This document shows, piece by piece, positions 45,590-58,800 of a stretch of DNA of 64,000 nucleotides; the stretch's first letter is position 1, and each line of letters begins with the position of its first letter. The notes below the pieces were generated by a model. It did no database searches. It saw only the letters and a list, made by a program, of their open reading frames with translations, and was not told the DNA's origin. Origin of the DNA: Dendrobates tinctorius (Eukaryota); NCBI RefSeq assembly GCF_039654945.1, contig NW_027361968.1:1922001-1986000 (forward strand), read 5' to 3'. The position numbers and the translations under genes were made by a program.

Positions 45590-46426
45590 ATTATGCATTT
45601 ATTTAGCGCCATTTATTCCATGGCGCTTTACATGTGAAAAGGGGAAATATAGACAAGTATAATAAACGTGTAAGACAAGGGACACACAAGTACATAAGGA
45701 GAGGAGACCCTGCCCGCGAGGGCTCACAGTCTACAGGGAGGGTGAGGATACACTAGGAGAGGGTAGAGCTGGTCGTGCGGTGGTTTAGTAGACCGAGGAT
45801 CATTGCAGGCTGTAGGCTTGTCGGAACAGGTTGGTCTTCAGGTTCTTCTTGAAGGTTTCCGTTGATGGTGAGAGTCTGATGTGTTGCGGCAGAGAGTTCC
45901 AGAGTATGGGGGAAGCACGGGAGAAGTCTTGTATGCGGTTGTGGGAAGAAGAGATAAGGGGGGAGTAGAGAAGGAGATCTTGAGATGATCGAAGGTTGCG
46001 TGCGGGTTGGTATCGGGAGACCATGTCACAGATGTATGGAGGAGACAGGTTGTGGATGGCTTTGTATGTCATGGTTAGGGTTTTGAATTGGAGCCTCTGG
46101 GTGATAGGAAGCCAGTGAAGGGACTGACATAGGGGGGAGGCAGGGGAATAGCAAGGAGACAGGTGGATTAGTCGGGCAGCAGAGTGTAGGATGGACTGGA
46201 GGGGAGGCCAGAGAGTAGCAGGTTGCAGGAGTCAAGGCGGGAGATAAGGGTGTGCACTAGTGTTTTCGTGGTTGAGGAATGCGCGGATCCGGGAAATATT
46301 TTTGAGTTTGAGGAGGTGAGGGCTTGGATATGTGGTTTGAAAGAGAGCGCAGAGTAGAGGATCACCCCAAGGCACCGAGCGTACGGGACTGGGGAAAGAG
46401 AGCAGCCATTGACATTGATGGATGGG
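45590..46426 (-). mobile_element. L2 LINE 3' portion (degenerate ORF2 C-terminus and tail); continues at 52159-52220 beyond the Gypsy insertion
   Basis: Peptides LISRLDSCNLLLSGLP, YKAIHNLSPPYI and WNSLPQHIR...FKKNLKTNLFRQAY, with tail TGTAAAGCGCCATGGAATAAATGGCGCTAAATAAAT. KTEFIIFPP lies across the insertion. Confidence 0.9.
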
Positions 46427-47224
46427 TGTTATGATTGAGTCACCGTAGGAGGCAAAAACAGAAATGCTAGCTAAGTCCAGAAAAGCAGAGAAGTTGGCAG
46501 CTATCGGATTGCAGACCCCTGAACCTATCAACACAACTAGCAGTAGCCGTGGGGGGCTCCTACGATGTCCTAGGCCCCTTGATCACAGCCGGAGGACTAC
46601 ATAGCCTAAAGACAGAAAGGGAAATCTAAACTGCCCCAGAGCAGACCCCAAAGCAAAAGGCAGCCCCCCACATATAGTGACGGTGAAGCAAGAAGAAAGA
46701 ACATAACACAGGCAGAAAGATAGACTGAGCAAAGACGGGGCCCAAGCTAACTACATAGGAAAGGACAGGAAGGCTGATGTCTGCAATCCGTGAAAAACCC
46801 TATGAAAATAAGAGCCAACAAACTGACAGTAAAAAAGGCCCTGAAGACGCTAGGCTTCAAAAAAGGCTATGTCAGTACTCAGGAATATTCTGAAGACAGA
46901 GCAACAGGCAAAAGGAGATTCAGCTCACCCCAGCAGGGAATGGCAGAATCCAAAAAAGCAAGGGAAACAAAACACTAATGCAAAAAGGCAAAGCAGAAAT
47001 CTTAGCTTTAGATGAGCAGGAATCAGACTGGTTTCCTAGGAGTCCACAGAGAAATGAACCGCAGGCCAGAAGGGCGTCGGCAACCTTATATCCAGTCATT
47101 AACTCCACTCAGCCAGTCATCATCATCAGCCCCAGGTGTTTGACAATCAGGCTCACTACCTTTCTTCACCAGAAGAGGGAGTTCCTCGGGCCTAAGTAGT
47201 GAAGGGGAAAATTAACTCACAACA
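46427..47224 (-). repeat. 3' LTR of the Gypsy element
   Basis: Direct repeat of 51368-52158 with roughly 20 differences counted by eye, adjacent to the PPT. Confidence 0.95.
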
Positions 47225-50200
47225 GTACCTCCCCCTTGAGGAGGGGTCATCGAACCCTCAACCACGCCACCAGGGCGATCAGGGTGAGCCCGATGAAAGG
47301 CACGCACCAATCTTTTGGCATGAATATCAGAGGCAGAGCCCCAGGAATTATCCTCCTGACCATAACCCTTCCACTTAACCAAATACTGGAGTCTCCGTCT
47401 AGCCAGACGGGAATCCAGTACTTTCTCTACCTTATATTCCATGTTACCTTCAACCAATACAGGGTCTGGAGGTGCCACCCCCGGAACAACAGGTTCAACA
47501 AACCTCTTCAACAAAGATTTATGGAACACATTATGGATTTTAAATGTGACAGGAAGAGCCAAACGAAAAGAGACCGGATTAATAATCTCCCAAATCTTGT
47601 AAGGTCCAATAAATCTAGGCTTAAACTTAGGAGAAGCCACCTTCATGGCAATATTTTTTGATGATAACCACACCATATCACCAAGCTTAAACTGGGGACC
47701 AATGGTCCTATGTCGGTTGGAAAACCGCTGGGCCTTTTCCTGGGAGAGAGAGAACTTATCACCACTTGGTCCCAGATCTGGTGCATTCTCTCCACCACAG
47801 TGTCAACACCTGGGCAGGCAGAGGGCTCCACCTGCCCTGAAGAAAATCGAGGATGAAACCCAAAGTTACAAAAAAAAGGTGACATCAAAGTGGCAGAACT
47901 AGCTCTAGTATTCAAAGCAAATTCGGCCAAGGGCAAAAATGAAACCCAATCATCCTGATCAGCAAAAATAAAACATCTCAAATATGACTCCAAGGTCTGG
48001 TTTGTTCTCTCTGTCTGCCCATTGGTCTGAGGGTGAAAAGCAGAGGAGAAGGACAACTGAATTCCCAGCTTGGAACAGAAAGTTCTCCAAAATCTAGACA
48101 CAAACTGAACTCCTCTGTCAGATACAATGTCCTCAGGAATCCCGTGCAAGCGAACCACCTGTTGTAAAAACAGGGGCACCAATTCAGAGGAAGACGGCAA
48201 CTTAGGGAGTGGTACAAGATGAACCATCTTAGAGAACCTATCACAAATCACCCAAATAACAGTCATCCTTTGAGAGACAGGCATATCAGAGATGAAATCC
48301 ATTGAAATATGGGTCCATGGCCTCCTGGGGACAGGCAAAGGCATCAACAACCCACTAGAGCGAGAACACGATTTAGACCGGGAGCACGTCCCACAGGACT
48401 GCACAAAATTCCTGACATCACGAGACAAGGAGGGCCACCAAAAAGACCGACTCACCAGATCTCTAGTACCAACAATACCTGGATGACCAGCCAAAGCAGA
48501 GCAATGAACTTCAGACATCACTCTCTTCCACTGGTCAGGAACATACAACTTTCCACTGGGACAACGCTCAGGTTTGTCCTCCTGGAACTCTTCCAGAGCA
48601 CGTCTCAAATCGGGTGAGATGGCAGAAAGAACTACCCCTTCGCCTAACATGGTAGCAGGCTTGGTCACCACAGGAGAATCAGCAAAGAAGCTCCTAGAGA
48701 GGGCGTCAGCCTTGACATTCTTAGTTCCAGGAAGAAAAGAAACCACAAAATCAAAATGTGTAAAAAACAAGGCCCACCTAGCCTCTCTAGGGTTCAAGCG
48801 CTTAGCCGACTCTAGGTAAATCATATTCTTGTGATCGGTGAGGACCACGACTTGATGCTTAGCTCCCTCCAACCAATGTCTCCACTCCTCAAATGATTTC
48901 ATGGCTAACAGTTCCCGATTCCCCACATCATAGTTACGTTCAGATGGAGAGAACTTTCGGGAAAAGAAGGCACAGGGATTCATTTTAGATGTTACAGGAT
49001 CCTTTTGGGACAAAACAGCTCCTGCACCAATCTCAGAAGCATCCACCTCTACCTGGAACGTAAGTGAGACATCAGGTTGCCGCAAAACCGGGGCGGAGGT
49101 GAATCTTCGCTACAGCTCCTGAAAGGAAGAAACAGCCTCCGGAGACCAATTTAACACATCAGCACCCTTCTTAGTCAAATCAGTCAATGGCTTGGCAATA
49201 CTAGAAAATTTTGCTATAAATTTCCGATAAAAATTAGCAAAACCCAAAAACTTCTGGAGGGCCTTCAAAGAAGTGGGCTGAACCCAATCGTAAATGGCCT
49301 GTACCTTGGCCGGGTCCATTTCAATAGTTGACGGGGACAAAATAAATCCCAAAAAAGAAATCCTCTGTACTCCAAAAAGGCATTTAGATCCTTTGACATA
49401 CAGGGAATTCTCCCTCAAGATCCGGAACACAGTCCGAATATGTTCCACATGAGAATCCCAATCCTTGGAGAAGATCAAAATATCATCCAGATAGATAATC
49501 AAAAATTTATCGACAAAATCTCGGAAAATATCGTTCATGAAGCACTGGAAGACAGAAGGGGCATTAATGAGCCCAAAAGGCATCACCAGGTACTCAAAAT
49601 GTCCCTCCGGAGTATTAAACGCCGTCTTCCATTCATCCCCATACTTAATGCGAATAAGATTATACGCCCCCCTGAGGTTAAGCTTGGTAAACCAGCAAGC
49701 ACCTTTAACTCTGGAGAATAGATCAGAAATCAGGGGTAACGGATACTGATATTTAATAGTAATTTTGTTGAGAGCACGATAATCAATACAAGGTCTTAAT
49801 GATACATCCTTTTTGGCTACAAAAAAAAAACGGCACCCAAGGGTGACGAGGATGGTCTAATATGACCCTTCTCCAACGCCTCCTTAATATAGGATCGCAT
49901 AGCCTCGTGCTCGGGTACAGATAAATTGAAGAGCCGACCCTTGGGGAATTTACACCCCGGGTTCAGCTCAATTGCACAGTCATAACTCCTATGAGGAGGC
50001 AGAGACGCAGACTCATTCTCACTTAATACATCATAAAAGTCCGCCAAATAGTCAGGAACATCATGCGACTGAGGAGAGGTGGAAAAAACCGGAGCCTCAC
50101 TAAAGGCACACCGACAACCCCAACTCACCACAGACACAGATTTCCAATCCAAAACTGGATTATGAATTTGTAACCAGGGAAACCCCAGAACAATGGTATC

Positions 50201-50520
50201 ATGCAGATTATGCAACACCAAAAATCTGCAATTTTCTTGATGGTCTGGGGCGACCCGCATCACCACCTGGGTCCAAAACTGAGGTTTATTTTTAGCCAAA
50301 GGAGTAGCATCAATCCCCCTCAAAGGGATAGGCGTCTGCAGAGGTGTCATCGGAAATCCACAACGTTTAGCAAAATCCAAGTCCATTAGGTTTAGAGCTG
50401 CTCCCGAATCCACAAAAGCCTTGGCGGAAAATGTGGACAGGGAGCAGATCAGAGTAATAGCCAGAAGAAACTTAGGTTGAACACCACCAACAGAAAACGT
50501 GTGTGCAAAGCGTTTCTCGC
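47212..50520 (-). pseudogene. Gypsy pol remnants: protease, reverse transcriptase, RNase H, integrase, chromodomain
   Basis: FVDSGA (PR); MPFGL and YLDDILIFS (RT); VDASEIGAGAVL and NYDVGNRELLA (RNase H); H-H-C-C, SMDFI, SDRG and GQTERTNQ (IN); YKVEKVLD...YLVKWKGY...NSW (chromo). Split into several ORFs by frameshifts and stops. Confidence 0.93.
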
Positions 50521-50522
50521 GT

Positions 50523-51241
50523 TTAGGACAGACAGAAATAATACAACTTATTACGCCTTCTGAACTCCTGACGCTGCTCTCTGGAAAAAACTCTATCACA
50601 TTGCATAGGTTCAGACATTTGTTCACCAGGTGGTAACACCTCTCGTGCAGCTTTGCGTTCGCGCAAACGCCGATCAACCTGAATGGCTAAAGACATAGAA
50701 TCGTCAAGACCAGAGGGAACAGGAAATCCCACCATAGTATCTTTTACGGCTTCTGACAAACCCGAAAGAGAGCAGCCAAGGCATTATCATTCCAGGTAGT
50801 AAGTACTGCCCACTTTCGGAATTTTTGACAGTACAATTCTGCAGAATCACGACCCTGGTTCAATGCCAACAGGGTCTTTTCATCCTGATCAATGGCATTA
50901 GGTTCGTCATACAACAACCCCAAGGCCTGAAAAAATGCGTTCACATTAGTCAGAATAGGATCATCTGGTTTCAAAGAAAACGCCCAATCCTGGGGATCGC
51001 CACACAGCAAAGAGATGACAATTTTAACCTGCTGCGCGGAGCTCCCTGACGAGTTAGGCTTCAAGGCAAAAAATATTTTACAATTATTTTTGAAATTCAA
51101 AAATTTAGATCGATCCCCAAAAAATACATCAGGTGTAGGAATCTTTGGTTCAGCAGTATGTGAATGAGCAAGGTAGGCGGAAATTCCCCGCACTTCCGCA
51201 GCGAGCTGCTCCACACGATCAGACAATAGCTTTATCTCCAT
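50523..51241 (-). pseudogene. Gypsy gag remnant (PEG10/RTL1-like capsid, degenerate zinc knuckle)
   Basis: EPKIPTPDVFFGDRSKF...LLALNQG...YCQKFR...WND, then a frameshift into LAIQVDRRLRER...EPMQ...RRRNKLYYFC. Confidence 0.88.
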
Positions 51242-51367
51242 TGAGAGAAAAAAAAATTCCCCCTACGGCCTCAGAGATATAGAGGAAAAAATATACACAC
51301 TTTTTTTTTTTGTACAATTCTTTCCTGCAATTGAGTACCCTAGGATCTGCGGTATGGCGGGTGATTC

Positions 51368-52158
51368 TGTTATGATTGAGTCACCGTAGGAAGCAAAAAC
51401 AGAAATGCTAGCTAAGTCCAGAAAACCAGAGAAGTTGGCAGCTATCGGATTGCAGACCCCTGAACCTATCAACACAACTAGCAGTAGCCGTGGGGAGCTC
51501 CTACGATGCCCTAGGCCCCTCGATCACAGCCGGAGGACTACATAGCCTAAAGACAGAAAGGGAAATCTAAACTGCCCCAGAGCAGACCCCAAAGCAAAAG
51601 GCAGCCCCCCACATATAATGACGGTGAAGAAAGAACACAACACAGACAGAAAGATAGACTGAGCAAAGACGGGGCCCAAGCTAGCTTAGATAGGCAAGGA
51701 CAGGAAGGCTGCTGTCTGCAATCCGTGAAAAAATCCTGAAAATAAGAGCCAACAAACTGACAGTAAAAAAGGCCCTGAAGACGCTAGGCTTCAAAAAAGG
51801 CTATGTCATTACTCAGGAATATTCTGAAGACAGAGCAACAGGCAAAAGGAGATTCAGCTCACCCCAGCAGGGAATGGCAGAATCCAAAAAAGCAAGGGAA
51901 ACAAAACACTAATGCAAAAAGGCAAAGCAGAAAGCTTAGCTTTAGATGAGCAGGAATCAGACTGGTTTCCTAGGAGTCCACAGAGAAATCACCCGCAGGC
52001 CAGAAGGGCGTCGGCAACCTTATATCCAGTCATTAACTCCACTCAGCCAGTCATCATCATCAGCCCCAGGTGTTTGACAATCAGGCTCACTACCTTTCTT
52101 CACCAGAAGAGGGAGTTCCTCGGGCCTAAGTAGTGAAGGGGAAAATTAACTCACAACA
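51368..52158 (-). repeat. 5' LTR of the Gypsy element, with TATA-like GATATAAG at ~52026-52019
   Basis: Direct repeat of 46427-47224, followed on the minus strand by a non-tRNA PBS GAATCACCCGCC. Confidence 0.95.
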
Positions 52159-53344
52159 GATGGGTCTGGTGGAGGGGTAGAGTGAGATGGGGGAAAGATG
52201 ATGAATTCTGTTTTGTCCATCTTCTTCTGCTGCCCTTTGAAGGGCAGAGGAATGGGGGCATCAGTTCTATATGGGAAATACTTCGTCACATTTAGGTTTG
52301 GCTTAGGTGATGATTTTTCTTCACGGTTTTTGGGTTCTGTTTCTGTAACTTGTCCTGAATCTGTGTAATAATCATTTCCTGCCCTACGGATCGGGCTTTG
52401 TGTTCTCTTCATTCATTACCTGGACCGGAGTCATGATTTCCCTTCTCAATGACTTTCTTCCACCACATTAGTAATGGCTCGAAGTGCGGTATTATACGTG
52501 GCGCCTCACCGTACGTCAGATGTGCGCTATTCACTTCAACCGTCATGTGTCCGTAGACATTAACAACGTTCATCTTGGATTGATATCGGACACGCGACGG
52601 TGCCCGAATCCGGAAAGATGCAAGGATGTCGGCGCACGGAAAACCATATAATACACCAGCAGCACTCACATCATTCGATCATACATGCTCTGTTCGTGCC
52701 CTTACTCACAGGTCGCTGATTTCTCATGGTTGATGTGTAATTTCAGGTGACTCACATTTCCAGTGGTTTACAGTGCCTCTGCCATAATGTCGGATTCACA
52801 CATCCCCGTGTCTCAGTCTTGGCATGGACCCATCACCTGTGCATCTGGCCTGATAATCACCACAGGAACAGAACAACCATCTCGTTGCTGGTTGTGGACA
52901 GACAGCCACTCTTGTCTTAGGCCATTCTCCAAATGAAGGATCAGTCTGAGAAAGCTCACGTGACCTCGGCTCCAGACAAGCAGGCGTCACATGACATGGT
53001 GCAGTCAATGAGTAGGGACTGTTATAGCCAGTATAGAAGCCGAGGCAGGGAATACAGCGGCCTTTTTTACGGTGAATCTGGATAGTGAGGACGTCACAGC
53101 TTAGCAATAGAGATGAGGAGAGAAATCTGTAAAACACTGAATAAACATTCCAGTTAGTGTGTGATAGCATTGCTAAAGCTATGCTTGTGTTAAAGGGGTT
53201 TTATACAGTCCTAGGAGACCTCAGAGTGTTTCATATATTGTTTTCAGGGCAGTTGGAGGCCTTGTAGTACTTTACATTCACAATACACTGAATTTTTGGG
53301 AAGAATATGGAGCATTTTAATTTCAGAACATTTGCTGACCTCTA

Positions 53345-53500
53345 GTATATGTTCTCCCCGTGTTTTGTGGGTTTCCTCCGTGTTCTCTGGTTTTCTTCCA
53401 CACTCCAAGGACACATTGATAGTGAATGTAGATTGTGAGCCCCGATGGGGACAGTGATGATGTCCGGAAGGCTGTGGCATTAATAAGTGAGTAAAATAAA
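53345..53500 (+). mobile_element. 5'-truncated V-SINE copy
   Basis: TATGTTCTCCCCGTG...GGGTTTCCTCC...CCACACTCCAA...TAGATTGTGAGCCCCGATGGGGACAG, homologous to the SINE at 13025-13255. Confidence 0.75.
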
Positions 53501-54119
53501 CGTTTCACATCTTCGATGACACCGAGGTCTGTGTTGAGCCGAATAACATTCACGACCATAGCTTAAATCCATAGTTACTGGCAGAGAAGGATTTTTGTGT
53601 TCTGTCTGCACCATTGTCCCCGGCCGTACACCGCGCACGAGCTGCAGGTCTGGTCACAACAGCCGGCGACGTAATTAGAGACTCGAATCGCAGAAAATGG
53701 CTGAAGAAATGATTACATCTAATCCACCAGCGGAGATTTCATGGCTGGTAGAGATGTACAAAGTGATTCACAGGAGTCTAGTCCAGCGGTCACAGCGGTG
53801 GTCCATGGCTGTCAGACCAGAGTCCTGGGAAACACACCTACAGTCATTCATGCTGGCATCTTCTGATTATTAGGCATCATCATGGCTCAACGAGTAACCA
53901 GAAGAGATGCGGACCGGCAGCAGGAGGTGTGTGGCTGTTGGGGCAGGCTCCTGTGCATCATTTTGCTCCCCTCTAAAGGTCAAAGTTCCATCGTAGTTGC
54001 GGTACATGACACCTTGTATGATGGCGCCATAATTATGCAAAAGCCGGCATAAGTATGCATTTTCTGGAAGGAGAGTGCAACATGGGAAATACAGGAGCTG
54101 TCTCAGAGCTAAATCTTTC

Positions 54120-54546
54120 TCCAGTACACCTGAGATCCTGAGTGACGGTGGTGAGTACTCCAGTACACCTGAGATCCTGAGTGACGGTGGTGAGTACTCC
54201 AGTACACCTGAGATCCTGAGTGACGGTGGTGAGTACTTCAGTACACCTGAGATCCTGAGTGACGGTGGTGAGTACTTCAGTACACCTGAGATCCTGAGTG
54301 ACGGTGGTGAGTACTCCAGTACACCTGAGATCCTGTGTGACGGTGGTGAGTACTCCAGTACACCTGAGATCCTGAGTGACGGTGGTGAGTACTCCAGTAC
54401 ACCTGAGATCCTGAGTGACGGTGGTGAGTACTCCAGTACACCTGAGATCCTGAGTGACGGTGGTGAGTACTCCAGTACACCTGAGATCCTGTGTGACGGT
54501 GGTGAGTACTCCAGTACACCTGAATCCTGAGTGACGGCGGTGAGTG
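54120..54546. repeat. 39-bp minisatellite (CCAGTACACCTGAGATCCTGAGTGACGGTGGTGAGTACT), ~11 units
   Basis: Direct tandem units. Confidence 0.96.
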
Positions 54547-55864
54547 AAGTGTTCGCCATTGTGAGCAGCTGAAGGAGAAGCCGCGTCTCCCGGGAACGTG
54601 ACCGCCATCTTTTCTTCGTCTCCTCCATCTGATAACTCATCCGTTACTTCTCCGAGATCTGAAGCTTCATCTACCGGAGCCTGAGGACAATGAAGACGAT
54701 GGTGAGGCATGTGTCATGGTGGTGACGGGACGGTTTACTGAGGTCACATCACGTTTCTCTGCCGTTTTTGACTCCATGATAAAATGTCATTGAGGCGCCC
54801 CGTTGCCTTTACGGCTGGTGATGGAAATAGGCGACTTATTTTTGGGCAACTATTTTTTAGAGTTGTAATTTTAATGTAAAAAAACAGACAAGTTGCATGC
54901 AAGTGGCAGTCCCATGTAACATTGGGTGCAGGGAGGGTTTATCAGTCATCTGAATAAAGAAAACAGCCATCTGCTTCTGTCCAGTCGGCTAATAACAGGA
55001 CAATGGGTTTTCTCCCACCCCTGGGCGCAGAGATTCCAGGTGTACTGTCACTTTAAACCTCCCCATGTGACTTCTACTGATACAAAGTAGAAAAGATTCT
55101 AAACTGCTACATTGTATCCAGTGTCACATGGGAGGGAAGTAATGCTGGTCACAGGACAGGAAGCTGCAGGCAGCTCTACCCCCATCCTCCCTGTCTCCAC
55201 CTACAACCCCCATCCTCCTCCCTGTCTCCACCTACAGCCCCCATCCTCCTCCTCCCCCTGGAGGCTCTTGCTTTGGAAGCACATGGTGCAGGTCAGTGAT
55301 TGTTAGGATGGAGCCGGATTGCTCTGTGTAGTTTGGGGGGCTGCGTGTTTGGGGTCTTTTCTTTTGCAGGGACGTTGGTCACAATTGCTGTGATCATGGG
55401 GTTGGACTCCTGGCTGCAGTCACCGCTGGCAGCGCCACTTTCATGGGATGCAGATACAGTTGTGAGCAGGGGGCGATCACAATCATTGTGCCCCCTGCAC
55501 CAGGCTGCTGAGAGCAGACCCCCGGGCACAGGCATGTGGGGGGCCGATGCACATGGCACAATGTTGTGCTGCGACGTCTGTGGAGAAGCGTATAGGGGTC
55601 ACACGGCCATGTGTTATAACAGTACAGTCCTTGACCAAGAGCTTGCACTCCACAGCGGGTGTCTATAAGACGTGTTACATCATGTCTACTCCAGTCACAT
55701 CCAGAGCTGCAGCAGGAGGTATAAGACACATCACATCATGTGACCAGTGTACTACTCCAGTCACCTCCAGAGCTGCAGCCACTGTTTCTCTGCATTCATG
55801 TGATCAGCCTCGGGGGTCACACATCTGTGTGCAGCAAAGTCCAGGACCTGGCGGTCGAGAAGGA

Positions 55865-58800
55865 AGTATCACACATGACAGGATTAGATACACGGCTCAG
55901 CAGTCAGTATCACACAGGAGAGGATTAGATACACGGCTCAGCAGTCAGTATCACACAGGAGAGGATTAGATACAGGGCTCAGCAGTCAGTATCACACAGG
56001 AGAGGATTAGATACACGGCTCAGCAGTCAGTATCACACAGGAGAGGATTAGATACAGGGCTCAGCAGTCAGTATCACACAGGATAGGATTAGATACAGGG
56101 CTCAGCAGTCAGTATCACACAGGATAGGATTAGATACACGGCTCAGCAGTCAGTATCACACAGGAGAGGATTAGATACACGGCTCAGCAGTCAGTATCAC
56201 ACAGGATAGGATTAGATACACGGCTCAGCAGTCAGTATCACACAGGAGAGGATTAGATACAGGGCTCAGCAGTCAGTATCACACAGGAGAGGATTAGATA
56301 CAGGGCTCAGCAGTCAGTATCACACAGGAGAGGATTAGATACACGGCTCAGCAGTCAGTATCACACAGGATAGGATTAGATACACAGCTTAGCAGTCAGT
56401 ATCACACAGGATAGGATTAGATACACGGCTCAGCAGTCAGTATCACACAGGAGAGGATTAGATACACGGCTCAGCAGTCAGTATAACAGGATAGGATTAG
56501 ATACAGGGCTCAGCAGTCAGGATCACACAGGAGAGGATTAGATACACGGCTCAGCAGTCAGTATAACAGGATAGGATTAGATACACGGCTCAGCAGTCAG
56601 TATCACACAGGAGAGGATTAGATACACGGCTCAGCAGTCAGTATCACACAGGAGAGGATTAGATACAGGGCTCAGCAGTCAGGATCACACAGGAGAGGAT
56701 TAGATACACGGCTCAGCAGTCAGTATCACACAGGAGAGGATTAGATACAGGGCTCAGCAGTCAGGATCACACAGGAGAGGATTAGATACACGGCTCAGCA
56801 GTCAGTATCACACAGGAGAGGATTAGATACAGGGCTCAGCAGTCAGTATCACACAGGATAGGATTAGATACACGGCTCAGCATTCAGTATCACACAGGAG
56901 AGGATTAGATACAGGGCTCAGCAGTCGGTATCACACAGGAGAGGATTAGATACACGGCTCAGCAGTCAGTATCACACAGGATAGGATTAGATACACAGCT
57001 TAGCAGTCAGTATCACACAGGATAGGATTAGATACACGGCTCAGCAGTCAGTATCACACAGGAGAGGATTAGATACACGGCTCAGCAGTCAGTATAACAG
57101 GATAGGATTAGATACACAGCTCAGCAGTCAGTATCACACAGGATGGGATTAGATACACGGCTCAGCAGTCAGTATCACACAGGAGAGGATTAGATACAGG
57201 GCTCAGCAGTCAGTATCACACAGGAGAGGATTAGATACACGGCTCAGCAGTCAGTATCACACAGGATAGGATTAGATACACAGCTTAGCAGTCAGTATCA
57301 CACAGGATAGGATTAGATACACGGCTCAGCAGTCAGTATCACAGGAGAGGATTAGATACACGGCTCAGCTGTCAGTATCACACAGGAGAGGATTAGATAC
57401 ACGGCTCAGCAGACAGTATCACACAGGAGAGGATTAGATACACGGCTCAGCAGACAGTATCACACAGGATAGGATTAGATACACGGCTCAGCAGACAGTA
57501 CCACACAGGATAGGATTAGATACACGGCTCAGCAGTCAGTATCACACAGGAAAGGATTAGATACACGGCTCATCAGTCAGTATCACACAGGATAGGATTA
57601 GATACACGGCTCAGCAGTCAGTATCACACAGGATAGGATTAGATACACGGCTCAGCAGTCAGTATCACACAGGAAAGGATTAGATACACGGCTCAGCAGT
57701 CAGTATCACACAGGAAAGGATTAGATACACGGCTCAGCAGTCAGTATCACACAGGATAGGATTAGATACACGGCTCAGCAGACAGTACCACACAGGAGAG
57801 GATTAGATACACGGCTCGGCAGTCAGTATCACACAGGATAGGATTAGATACACGGCTCGGCAGTCAGTATCACACAGGATAGGATTAGATACATGGTTCA
57901 GCAGTCAGTATCACACAGGAGAGGATTAGATACACGGCTCAGCAGTCAGTATCACACAGGAGGGGATTAGATACATCGCTCAGCAGTCAGTATCACACAG
58001 GAGAGGATTAGATACACGGCTCATCAGTCAGTATCACACAGGATAGGATTAGATACACGGCTCAGCAGTCAGTATCACACAGGAGAGGATTAGATACACT
58101 GCTCAGCAGTCAGTATCACACAGGATAGGAATAGATACACAGCTCCGCAGTCAGTATCACACAGGAGGGGATTAGATACACGGCTCAGCAGACAGTATCA
58201 CACAGGATAGGATTAGATACACGGCTCAGCAGTCAGTATCATACGTGACGGGATGAGATACACGGCTCAGCAGTCAGTATCACACAGGAGAGGATTAGAT
58301 ACACGGCTCAGCAGTCAGTATCACACAGGAGAGGATTAGATACACAGCTCAGCAGTCAGTATCACACAGGATAGGATTAGATACACGGCTCAGCAGTCAG
58401 TATCACACGTGACGGGATTAGATACACGGCTCAGCAGTCAGTATCACACAGGAGAGGATTAGATACACGGCTCAGCAGTCAGTATCACACAGGAGAGGAT
58501 TAGATACACGGCTCAGCAGTCAGTATCACATAGGATTGGATACACGGCTCAGCAGTCAGTATCACACAGGATAGGATTAGATACACGGCTCAGCAGTCAG
58601 TATCACACGTGACTGGATTAGATACACGGCTCAGCAGTCAGTATCACACAGGAGAGGATTAGATACACGGCTCAGCAGTCAGTATCACACAGGAGAGGAT
58701 TAGATACACAGCTCAGTAGTCAGTATCACACAGGAGAGGATTAGATACACGGCTCAGCAGTCAGTATCACACAGGATAGGATTAGATACACGGCTCAGCA

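Larger units (their letters stand above)
46427..52158 (-). mobile_element. Full-length chromodomain-bearing Ty3/Gypsy (Tf1/sushi-group) LTR retrotransposon, frameshifted
   Basis: LTRs at 46427-47224 and 51368-52158 (TG...CA), GATGGG on both flanks, and PPT AAGGGGGAGGTAC. The order is gag-PR-RT-RNaseH-IN-chromo. Confidence 0.97.

Noticed and set aside
47212-51241. Domesticated PEG10/RTL1-like gene
   Set aside because: It has paired LTRs, a TSD, a PPT and several frameshifts, so it is a decaying retrotransposon rather than a host gene.
52146-54710. Short minus-strand ORFs as a hidden gene such as CTC1
   Set aside because: No recognisable motifs and no consistent exon chain. The longer ORFs are inflated by the 39-bp repeat.
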